A stretch of 64,000 nt of DNA from Dimorphilus gyrociliatus (lineage: Eukaryota > Animalia > Annelida): assembly GCA_904063045.1 (NCBI GenBank), contig CAJFCJ010000021.1, forward strand, positions 744,001 to 808,000. The letters run 5' to 3'. Position numbers and translations under genes: made by a program. A model generated the notes under the pieces. The model saw nothing but the letters and a program-made list of their open reading frames with translations. It was not told where the DNA came from and did no database searches. Shown piece by piece: positions 51,511 through 62,710 of this stretch; positions within the stretch are counted from its first letter, which is position 1; every line of letters begins with the position of its first letter.

Positions 51511-54500
51511 TATATAAGATTGTCATTATTATTGCATTGAACTTACCTCTTTTCCGCAAAGGTCAATAATCAAAGGTAAAAAGAGTTGAAGAACTCTTAA
51601 CGTTTGATTAATTAAAGAAATTTGTAAATTGAATTTATTTTGTAAACTTAAAAAATCTTCGCAAAAGAACTTTTTTATTAAAGTTAAAAATTTCTTAATA
51701 AAGATTTCTTTTGATAAAATTTTCAATTCGTCATTTAAATTCAAATATCTTAATTCTTTAATTGAAAGAAACTCTTGGCAATTTAATAAATATTCCAATT
51801 TATCTTTATTGAATAGTTGAAATGCTGCCATTATTGTAATAAATATGTCGGTCTGTTTAGGGAGAAGAGAAGAGAGAGAGAGAGAAATAGTTTTTGAATC
51901 CTAATTAAAACTTACGTAATTCTGTTGAACGTTTCTTGTTAAAAACTTGATACATTCTAGTAATGTTTTAGCTTCGAATTGCGACAATTCTATCCCTTTT
52001 GCCAATAATTCGTATCTCTTATTTAAAAGCTTTTGCAATAGAATTAAACTTCTTTTTATTAAGTCGTCATTTTCGTAAATAAGATAAGATACGAACAAAA
52101 CTTGAATAGATGAATTTAAAAATTCATGTCGAACTTGAACAAATGCTGAGAATTCTTTTTCTTCGATAAGCGATTGTAAACAATAGATTTTTGCAGTTTC
52201 TAAATCGATTTCAAAGAAAACCTCCTCTTCGAAATAGACTATTTTGTCTTGTTCCTTGAAGAGGCTTTTAGATATACCGTCGGGCGTTAAGAGACGACAA
52301 TACATTTCCGACATATAGCTTATATGAATTTCTAATATATTTCTCGGTATTTCGTCCGGAAACAGATATTTCCAGCAGATAATCAACGAATTTATAAGTT
52401 TTATACCAATTTTTCGAACTCTTTTAGAGTTTCTTCTAAAATTTTGAATAAAATTATCAATTCGTAAGAAGAGAGTTTGAAGATAAGTTTCCAATGTATT
52501 TCGATTTTTAACGTGAAAATTCAAGATACCAGATTTTAGAATAAACTTGAATAGTAGCGGAACTACTTTAACGACAATGTTTATTTCAGCTACAATCGAT
52601 CTTTCGAATATCCTACAAATTCCTTCTACAATCACTCTAAAACATATAAGAGAGATAGATAAAGATGATGATGATGATGATAATGAGTAGAACCTGTTGT
52701 AATCTCTTTAAAACTGTACATACCTTAGAGCGACGAGAGAGGAGAATTTTAAATCAATATACTGATCAATTTCTCCTTCGTCCTTGTCTTTTTCGTGTAA
52801 AACCAAGAATTGAACCTTTAATCGTTAAAAGAGTTAGTTAACTATTGCAATCGCTTTTCCTTATTATTCTATTACTAACTAGAATATTAAATGCATTCTC
52901 TTCATTTTCAGTCTTGTTCATGTAAAGAAAAATTGTATCCAAAATCAGGAATTTATACTAGAAGATGAAGAAGAAGAAAACTAAATTAGTTTCTCTTAAA
53001 CGCCAATTAATATATTACTTACTCTCGAAAAGTATAATCTATTTTCAATATTAAAAATGGCGTCTAAATCAATTCCGTTGAATGATTTTAAAAGTTGATC
53101 TTTACGAAAAAGGAAAAGAGACTATTAGTAATCTAACTTTGTTGAGCGATACTGTTACCGTCGTTTGTTAGAACATTCGAAACTAGATTAACTTCAACTA
53201 GAAGATTACTTTCCGTACGAGGATTTCTTTCCCATTCATAATCGGTATAGTTCAAAGGAATTCTTATTAATATAAAAGTTTACTTAATTCATTAATCGTT
53301 GTATCTATTCGAAGTTACGAACTTTTCTATATGTAAAGATATATCTTTTAATCCATCTGATAGAATTTTATCACCGTTAAAAAGTGGTAAGAAACCAAAG
53401 CCATAAGTTAAAGAATCTAGTTTATCAACATCTATAGGAAAAGAAATATTTATGGATTTTCTTTTTATCGAGCGAGAGAGAGAGAGAGAACAATTAAATT
53501 AAAGAAAAGAAACCAACTTGTTAACTTTTCTTTAAATCCTTTATAAATTTTGAAGAGAATATGCGATTTAAACAATGCTATCTTTCCATCTTTCCTATAT
53601 AAACATTCGTATAATTTTGATAAATTTATAACAATTCTTTCATTCCAATCAATCGATTGAGATTCTTTTACTAGCAGAGTGAGAATCTCTTTTCTAGATT
53701 CATCATAATTTCCATAAATCGATAAACACTGTATTGTTATTATTATTATTATTGCTGTTGTTACGTGATTAAAAGAGATCAAACGCTAAAATGTAGCAAT
53801 GACAAACATCTATTGGTTCTGGATTTATTCCGTCTCTAACGGATATTCCAATCATCATATAATGCATAGCTCTCCAAGTTTTTGAAATATTTGTTTGGCA
53901 TATGTTCATATTCAAATCATTTCTAGTTAATTTATTGTTAAATAGTTGAACAGAACACTACGTTAGATAAGAAGAAATACTCACTTGGGTAGAAAGTTAC
54001 AAGAGACTTCATTAATAACGTACACCTCTTGCTTTCTTTCGTAGACAGTAAACGTATAAAGATTGCTTTTTAATGGTGAGAATTGAAAAAATACGCGAGC
54101 TTTAGAGAACAACGATATTAAATGATTGCTTAATTCTCTTTGTTTCTATTAAATAAGCCTACCTATCCCAAATAAATCCCCGTCATCTTTGGTTCTCTTA
54201 TACGCTAGAGATGATTTTTTTTTAACCGATCTGTTACATAATATATGAAGGTTTAGCTGACTGGTAAATTTAATAAAGTAGTTTGATTCTATTACGTTAA
54301 ATTACATATTAAATCTTGTAATTTCTCTTCGAAGCTGATATTGTAAACTGAATAAGAGATAATATAGATACTCCTTAGACATTTTATATTGAATAAAATG
54401 ACGAATTTATATACCTCCTGTTCCAAATAGTTTTCTATAGTCTTTCTCATTGTGTGTAGTATCTAATTGAAGAAGAAGTAGAAGAAGAAGGCGATCATTG

Positions 54501-55122
54501 TCATGGATGATAATTTAATGTTAATATTTCACTATATTATTTATTCAATCGTTATAAAACCTTTTTTCATCAGTTTAAATATTACTTTTAATCGGTTATC
54601 GACCAAACACGATTTGTCGAAATTCTTTCAATTGAAACAGTATTTTCGGATATTATTATATAGCTTTATTAATACTATTGATTCTATTACCTTAAAAACA
54701 ATTAGGTCGGGGAAAACTTTGCTTTCAAATTCACCTTTAGAGTAGTTATATTGCCGAACGCATTGGCTAAAGATATAAAGAATTTAAAGAAAGAGATATA
54801 TATTAAAACTCTTTTCTTACGCAATTGATTCGTTTCTTTCTATATCGTATAGAATAATAATCAACTGCAATCTTTCTGGTATTTTCAACGAACCGAACTT
54901 GATATATTGTAATAAAAACTTAATTTCACCCAAAGAGTTCGGTATTAAATATTCATCATCAGTTTCATCCTCGTTAATTCGAATAGGGCGATTATCCGCA
55001 AAAATTGATGGATAATTTTCCAATAATCTTATTATTGAATTATTACGTAACAAATCATTAAACTCTTTTTCAATAAGACTTTTTTCTACAAATTTACGAA
55101 TAGTATCAACTTCTCCTCTAAT
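49368..55122 (-). CDS. Highly divergent multi-exon DOCK-family (DOCK-C/D-like) protein; 5' end and several junctions unresolved, may extend to ~55.5-56.1 kb
   Basis: DOCK landmarks occur in the correct order: N-terminal KFLL...IILYD, DHR-1/C2-like SIYG..WNERIVINL..HILF and YGFGFLPLFNGDKILSDG, armadillo LLQKLLNKRY and LQLFLPL, DHR-2-like LRERML..IHHRSNNFVE, NNVNKFF, KSRTSL, TFP, FYKLFGFLPEAI, YISEFKKL. Similarity is remote and judged by eye. Confidence 0.65.
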
Positions 55123-56262
55123 CTATTTGATATAAACAGAATAGAAAACCATGATCGTTATCATGAAGATTGTTCACTCTGACCTTTGGCCAAATGGCTT
55201 TGAAGTTTAGTTTAATTCTACGACCATTTTCGTTATTTTCTATCTTTAATTGTATATATTAATAATGTTTAGTAACGCATACAGTATGTAGACAGGTATA
55301 TACAAAAACTAACATTATCGCAGCATTGTATTTGACCCAAAATTCCAATAGTGTACTTTACAAGAGAAAACTCAAAACTATCGACCATTAAACTATTTGG
55401 TTGCTAAGATAAGGAAATGATTGATTAGCTTTTGTTTAATATTTATTATTTAATTATTAAATTGTGTATACTGTATAGTTAGTTATACGGTACATACCTT
55501 ATCCTTTATAATGTAGAGTTCTTTGGCGAAATTTTTCAACATATTAACAACTTCTTGGTTGAATACGCCTTATTCAAATTATTTATTTGTTTTTAAAAGA
55601 CTCAATGGAAATAAACAATAATAATAATAATATATTTACCCTTCAAAATGAATGAATAGTTAAAATTTCGTTATCGAAATAAGAAGTAGTCATTTTAAAA
55701 ACTATTCTGAAATTTTGGAAATAAAATACGTTTACCTCATCAATTTGGCATATTTTCTCAAAATATAGGTCTGCGAGAACAAAGTACAATTCTTAAAATT
55801 ATATTATATTAAGTTTCTTCATTGTTTAGCAACTCAAGTATTGTTTTCCAAGTTGCAAATCTTCTTCTATATATATATATATATATATATTAATATATAC
55901 AGTATTTTTATTACCTCCCTTTTCTACTATCAATGTAAGCCAATTTTCTACTTTTGTCATCTTTTCTTCATCTTTCTCCGATTCTTTTTCTTTTTTAGTT
56001 TTTATATAACAAACATTCTATAAATGTAAATACATATATATTTATAGAAATAAAGTTTTTCACCTTTATTATCAACGAATTTGTCATTATTTCTCATTTC
56101 CATTTTGTCTGGATTATTTAGAATGCTACCAGCATCTCTCCTTTTCTTTTTATGTTCTGTTTGACGATTTCCTGTATTAGCGAAAGTATAAATGTTTATA
56201 ATTGGCTAAAAAGTTTTCGCGGCCAGTCTAGGCTCGCACTGAATACGTCTCTGAAAAACAAA

Positions 56263-56952
56263 ATGGCGGGCGTGTTAAAAAAGGTCAGTTGTTTACAAAT
56301 ACGATAAATTCATTTCGAATCGCTTATGTTTTCAATCGTGCAATCTTTAAATTGATTTACTCTTATATACTTGAATATATTTGGGATATTCTATGATATG
56401 TAACTAAGGAAGTTGTGCTCGAATGCAATTTATTTACTTTTCTTCAACGTAAACTTTTTTTTCGTTTAAAACAGACGACTAATTTAACTGGTCTTGCTGT
56501 GGCAGCAGACGCCAGAAAGGTATAATATACATTATTTTTCAAATATACTTAATTAATCTATACGATTTTTATGAAATTCGATATATTATTTTTAAAAGAC
56601 TCTGACTGTCTTGTATGACAAGCTGTTAAGAACATTAAAAAAGATGCCCGACGATGCTACGTATAGAACAAGCACCGAAGAAATAGTTAAGGAAAGATTA
56701 GGAGTCGTTAATAGTGTATGTATTAGAAGAAAAAACAAAGTTGCATCCCTTAAAAGAGTAAAACACTTTTCGAATTAACAGAACAAAAACGTTAGCGATA
56801 TAGAAAAGAAAATTAACTGCGGACAAGCCGAAGAGTTAATCCTACAGGCGGAAAGGGAGTTGGATTTGGCTCGAAAATTTTTAGAGTGGCGTCCTTGGGA
56901 ACCTATGAAAGAGAAGGCGCCAGAAGGTCAATGGAAATGGCCCCACCCATAA
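56263..56952 (+). CDS. NDUFA5: NADH dehydrogenase 1 alpha subcomplex subunit 5. Exons 56263-56283, 56475-56519, 56599-56715, 56782-56952
   Basis: MAGVLKK|[47 protein letters not shown]...GQWKWP. All introns are phase 0. Confidence 0.95.
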
Positions 56953-57258
56953 TTAACTTAATGACTATCGTAGATACTTTATTATATAAAAATAAATGAA
57001 AAACATAATAAAAAGAGATGGAAAAATCAAAATTCTATTATTTTATTTTAACTCTGTAAATACCTCTTTATGTTTTTTATAACAAAAAAAAAATAAGTTT
57101 TTTAGAACACGTGACAAACCTTAAAAGTGAAACTAGAGAAATTTTATTTTAAACCTAGAAACAAGCTAGCCAAAGTTTATTTTTCAAAAAAAAAAAGCAG
57201 CTCAGTTTTAAATTATTAGTATTCGTTTTTTTGTTTTTTTTTATTTTCATTTCGTTAT

Positions 57259-59409
57259 TCACTGCTGCTTGAAGGTAGTTCCTCTGTTTTAAAAAGAGAA
57301 TATATATTAGTATATAAACATCTCCATCTATATATTGTATTTAATAATTTAAGTAATGTTAATAGGTAAATAAGTATTCAAAAGTTGATTCATGCTTTTA
57401 AGAAAAAAATAAGAAACACTAAAAATAGGTTTAAAAAAAAGCAAGTAATTTGTTTTTCTGATATCTTTACCATTTGTTAGTTCATCCAAAATGAATACAA
57501 CTAAAGTTCAAGTAGTAGAGTTAATTAATATGCAACGGCAACGCAAAAACATTGCTTTTTTTTTCCCTCTTCATAATAAATGAACCTATTAGTTATACAA
57601 TCATTCTTTTTCACAAAACTTAAAGCCAACTACTCTCATTTCAGGTATGCAAAAAAAAGAAATTTGTTCTTTTATCAAATTGCTAACGATGATAATTTCT
57701 TTTTGTTTGTTTGTTTGTTTGTTTTTTAACTTAAACACAACAAATAATTTTGTTTCAAATGTTTTTTAGTAAAATAAGTTTCAGTAGCTTTTCCTTTTTA
57801 ATAGAAAAAAAGTAGCACAATAAACACACTAGGTCTAATCCTATGATTAGTTTTTTTTCACCTTCCTCCGTGTAAAACGGTTTAACATAATATCTGATTA
57901 AAAAGTTTATAAAAGAAAATTACATAGTATTTAATTGGTTTGTGCTGTTTTTAACTGCATTATTATTTATGATAGCATTTTGGATATTTATGATTAATAT
58001 TAATAGTTGCCATATATAAAGCTTACTTAGCTGTCTTCTTTTCCTTTGGCTTATCGTCTGGTCGTGCTCTGTTAAGGATTTGCAAGAAATCCGAAGTTTT
58101 CGCTCTCATTTTCGAGTGAATGTAAGCCTATACAACAGCAATTATATAATTAAAAAAAATAGACATATCTACCAACTTAATATAATAAAATACAAACCTT
58201 TGAACATTTAATATGGTAATGCAAATAGTTTCTCAAAGTATGAATCAAATTAATAGTATTTTCTACAGCACTAGCTTGCGTATGTCTTGGAAACAGAACT
58301 GCATAAAACGTTCAATAATTAATTCATTAAAAATATTGAAAATTAATTTTAATTAGCTAATGGCCAATAGTAACAATACGATTAAATATTTACCGAACGT
58401 TATATAAGCAACGTTGTCTCCTACTCTGGCGTTTGTTGCTTTTAATTCCATTGGAGGTTCTTTGTGGCTAAAGAGAACTTGAGGAGCTTGTTGGTATTTT
58501 CTTCTACCATCTTTAAACTCCTACAAGATATATATACATATTAAAGCTATAAGCGCTGCCCTTTTCGTCAATATTACCTGGAGGAAGAGTTTAGCAATTA
58601 CCATATCATCACTATCTCTAAAAACAGTGCTAAATATAACTGTAACTCTGTCCTTTTGAGCCTGAACATACCTAATTTGTACAATAATTAGTATTAGTAA
58701 ACACTATAGCCAATATGTCAAATACAAACATAGTTTCGTCATCTCTGTAATGTATAACTGCAATCTTCCTTCCAACTTCACCATTTTGTTGAAATCTGAA
58801 ATATTCTTCAAAGACGGCAGCGAAACAGTGTCGTTTTAGCATACCACATTTCTTTATCAATTCTTCTTTATTCGAAGGCAACTTATCCAAATCAATCAAA
58901 AGAGTGACGTCGTATCCTATCGAAACATTTATTTTACAAGCAATTAGATATCATTTACAAAAGTGAAGCAAGGAAGGATACAAATATTTTTGGTTAGTAA
59001 TTATCAACTAAATTAAACGTATATATAGAATTATATATAATATTTGACCGATTAACGCAATACGAAAGATAAATATTAATGCATTTACCGCTTTCCGGGG
59101 TAGTCAGGTAGGAGCCATACTCCCTTTTCAACAATTCCTCGGCGCCATGCTCCTTTAATTCTTTAAAGAAATTCAAAGAAATACTAATAAGAAGTTTCGA
59201 TTTGTCTTGATTGTAGTTCGAAATGTGATATTTAACACCATCGAAATCGGCGGCTAGAATTGAAACTGATTCTTGTTTGAGTCTGATGGGTGGAAACAAT
59301 AATAAATATAGATCTATATTATTAACAATTCTTACCCAGCTTCTGCATTTTGAAACTTTTGCTTTAAAGTTTCCTCTATAATTCTACTATTAACTTCGAG
59401 CAGAATCAT
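57259..59409 (-). CDS. ARPC2: Arp2/3 complex subunit 2 (p34). Exons 59336-59409, 59089-59282, 58730-58916, 58578-58671, 58394-58520, 58198-58298, 58027-58127, 57259-57283
   Basis: [77 protein letters not shown], terminal KGTTFKQQ*. Splice phases are consistent. Confidence 0.95.
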
Positions 59410-59664
59410 TTTTGTTTTACTTAAATCTTTGACTAATCGGTATAAGCAGGAAGTTTGCTGGAGAGAACAGGAAACGACTGTCCGTGTTTTCGTAAAAAAA
59501 TACTTTCGTATTATTTTTTTAATAGGTAAATTCATTTCATTTAAAATTATTACTAAGAAATATTTTCTATAAATAATTATTAAAATGTTCATTTTAAATT
59601 CAATGCGATCCTGTTAATTTGATCTGGGCGCTTAGCGACGGAGGCTTACTAACAAATAAACAAC
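59410..59664. promoter_or_regulatory. Bidirectional promoter region between the ARPC2 (-) and RSPH14 (+) start codons
   Basis: Only 255 nt separate the divergent ATGs. ETS-like CAGGAAGT at 59447-59454; near-palindromic RFX X-box-like GGCGCTTAGCGAC at 59627-59639. Confidence 0.6.
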
Positions 59665-60687
59665 ATGGCATCGACAATAATTTCAGCAAAAATGCCTCCT
59701 CTCGTTGATCCTACGCGTTCTACGCAAGCTTACGGGGATAGAGCCCTTCCTCGAATGAATAGAGAACTACAAGCAAAAGAACTACTAACTAGACAGCGTA
59801 GTTTGAACGCTCTTTGCGATTATTTACACGATCCCGAACATATAGCATCTGCCCTAAGAGAAGGTATACCAGAAAGCCTTAAGCGTTTGTTGTACGATGG
59901 TGATGATATGATTAGAGCAAAGACTACTGAATGCCTATATATATTGTCAAGCCACGCTATCGGTAGGGATGCAATTTTGGGTTGCGAACTTGTATTGAGC
60001 TTGGCGAGAGCATTCGAAGACAAAGATATGGCTACTAAAGTAAATGCTCATAAAGCTATTGAAATGCTATCGGAAACGCCTCAAGGAGCTGAAGGAATTG
60101 TCGATGCTGGCCTAGTTCCCACTCTGGTCAAAACTCTAACGACAACAACCGATAATATAAAATCTATAGTATTGGATACCCTGCATTTTTGTATGCTTGT
60201 ACAAACAGAACAAGTATTAGCGAATGAAGGTATGGAAATTTTGAACAAATTACTTTCCCACGAATTACCTTTAATAAGACATAAAGCTGCAAGAGATATG
60301 ATGGATCTTAGCGTTACGTTGGCTGGTAAGAATAAGGCAGTAGAAGTTAAAGCTCCCCAAACCCTGGTTCAATTATTATCCGATGAGAACACCGAAGTCA
60401 GAGCAATGGCCGCTGCAGCATTAATGATAATTACAATCACCACAAAAGGCAAATATACTGCTTTAGAATTTAACGCAATAGAATCACTTTTAAATCTATT
60501 GGAAGATGAATGCAGTGAAGTTAGAGCAAACGCTCTAAAGGCTCTAACTTGTTTGGCCGAAGCACCAGAAGGAAGGACAGCTTTATTAAAAGAAGTAGAA
60601 AGGGTCAGAGACTTAATGAGTGACCCTGTACCCAACGTTGTTAAAGCCGCGACAATAGCGGTTAAAGTTATCACATGGAAACCCTAA
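59665..60687 (+). CDS. RSPH14: Radial spoke head 14 homolog (RTDR1), armadillo repeats, intronless
   Basis: TQAYGDRALPRMNREL, LCDYLHDPE, IRHKAAR, TTKGKYTAL, ALKALTCLAEAPEGR, IAVKVITWKP match RSPH14. Confidence 0.93.
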   Translation: MASTIISAKMPPLVDPTRSTQAYGDRALPRMNRELQAKELLTRQRSLNALCDYLHDPEHIASALREGIPESLKRLLYDGDDMIRAKTTECLYILSSHAIGRDAILGCELVLSLARAFEDKDMATKVNAHKAIEMLSETPQGAEGIVDAGLVPTLVKTLTTTTDNIKSIVLDTLHFCMLVQTEQVLANEGMEILNKLLSHELPLIRHKAARDMMDLSVTLAGKNKAVEVKAPQTLVQLLSDENTEVRAMAAAALMIITITTKGKYTALEFNAIESLLNLLEDECSEVRANALKALTCLAEAPEGRTALLKEVERVRDLMSDPVPNVVKAATIAVKVITWKP

Positions 60688-61196
60688 AACACTGTCTCTT
60701 CTTTATTTTCTATGACAATAAAAATAAATAATATTTCAAATCTTAACTTGGATTCAATTGAATTAAAGAGAAAAGATTGCAATTACCTGTATAAAGTTTA
60801 TATATTACATGTCTTGGATACTGATTAATATAGTCCTTTGATATATGTTATATATACAGTATATATATATATATATATATACATTTAATACTATTATATT
60901 TTTTCAAACAATTCAAGCTGCTATTTGTTTCGAAAACTAAGCGGAAAAATTTTGCAGTATTAGTAAGAATTCAAGGGAAAAAGAGTTAGAATTTGTAGAA
61001 CAGTAGCATGCAATTCAAGACTTCTAAGCGTAATAGATTAGAGGGAAGTTAATCTATCAATATTTGTGATTCAATATATGCTTTAATATTTTTTTGTTCT
61101 TATTCTATTAATTCCATTCGTTTGTGATAAGTCCATAACATAAAAATTTTATAATTCGTTCGGAAAACGAAAATTATAAAGAGAGCTTCATCAGTT

Positions 61197-62485
61197 TCAG
61201 TGTGGTCGGACCGTTATTGAATCCGAGTTGTGTCTATCTCGTAAACTTTCTACTCGGGGTTTCATTAATTCTTCAATATGTTGTACTATCAGATCAACAG
61301 CAACCGTATTATCCGATCCTCTAGGTATTATAACATCAGAGTGTTGTTTTGTGGGTAGGCAAAATTCTTCAAAAGCAGGTTTAACGAATTGTGTATATTG
61401 ATTTAAGACATTTTCTAAACCTCTTCCGTTCTTCTCCGTATCGTTTAGCACTGTTGATAATGACTGTCAATAGATGCCGTTATTACTTATTTAAAATATT
61501 ATATTACCTCTTCGAGATAGTCTTGTATCTGCGTCACTATCAACAAATAATTTCATATGAAACGAGTCTCTAATCTTTTGAAAGTAAAACGCGAGGATTC
61601 CTTCAAAAATAATAACATCAGCTGGCGGAACTTTCTGCCACTTATCCTTAGATAGCCTGTTAAATGTTAAATCCAGTATAGTGTTATATAAAGTAGCACT
61701 GTCAAAAAAATGCTATTGTTGTTACCTCTCATTCGACTTTTTATCGTAGGCCGGTACCCAGACAGTCTTTCTGTCTATTATTTGGTCAAAAGTCTTTTCT
61801 AGTAATTCAATATCGAAAGCATCTGGAAAGAAAAGACGAAAATATAAATCAATTGTTCAATGAGCATAATGATAAATGAAAGGAAAATATCCCAAATATT
61901 ATTATCTTGAATAAACTAAGAGAAGATTATTATCTTATTCTTACCGGGATGATCAAAATTATATTGTCCGTTGTTTGCTGCTTCAATATCCTCTGGATCA
62001 AGATCCTTATAAAAACTTTCCATTGCAATTACTTCTACTTTAGATTTAACCTTTTCTCCTAGTTTCTCCATGATTTTATCGCATACGGTAGTCTGTATTT
62101 TTGCATTGAATAAAGGAATCATTATAGTCATGTTTATCTTAAAATTCTTATCAAGTGACAAATATATGATAGTGATATTAAACTTTACAATTAAATTCTT
62201 TTATTGCAATTATAGCTTATCGTATATATATATATATATTCTATTAATTATTGCTATAAGAACACGATTAATCTTATCCTTGTGTACACGTGTTAAGAAG
62301 AAGATGGATTAAAATGTGTTAAAAGGTTAAAACTCGATTAAAACTTGAAAAAGTTTTAAAAGATTAAATAAAGTACTAACCTTACCAGATGCTGTACCGC
62401 CACAAACTCCAATAATAAACGGTTTTGCAGTGTTTTCGTAATCATTTAAGAAATTTCTACTATTTTTATGACTAGACGCCGCCAT
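61197..62485 (-). CDS. UCK: Uridine-cytidine kinase-like. Exons 62381-62485, 61945-62092, 61726-61822, 61508-61656, 61197-61450
   Basis: [78 protein letters not shown]-terminal RPH. Confidence 0.92.
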
Positions 62486-62710
62486 TTTGGCGCCAGAACG
62501 GAAGTGCAGGATGTTGTCGGATGAATCGCCCATCTCTCAGTAAAAATCTGCAGATTTTCAAGAAAAATTTAACCAAATACGGGTCATGAGACAGATTTTG
62601 CGTGTGATTTAGGGGAAATGACTTGTTAAAATTTAGTGAATTACGATATTTTACATCGTTTTACAACTGGTTGCTATTGACGTGTTTGCAGAATACGCCC
62701 TCTGTCGGAT
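62477..62710. promoter_or_regulatory. UCK promoter-like region with YY1-, ETS- and CTCF-like motifs
   Basis: CGCCATTTT overlaps the UCK start (as AAAATGGCG does at NDUFA5), CGGAAGT at 62499-62505, CGCCCTCTGTCGG at 62696-62708. Confidence 0.4.

Noticed and set aside
59410-59592. N-terminal extensions of the ARPC2 and UCK ORFs in the track (also 62486-62533)
   Set aside because: The conserved starts are MILLEVN (59409) and MAASS (62485, in a YY1/Kozak-like context). The upstream frames are likely UTR or promoter.
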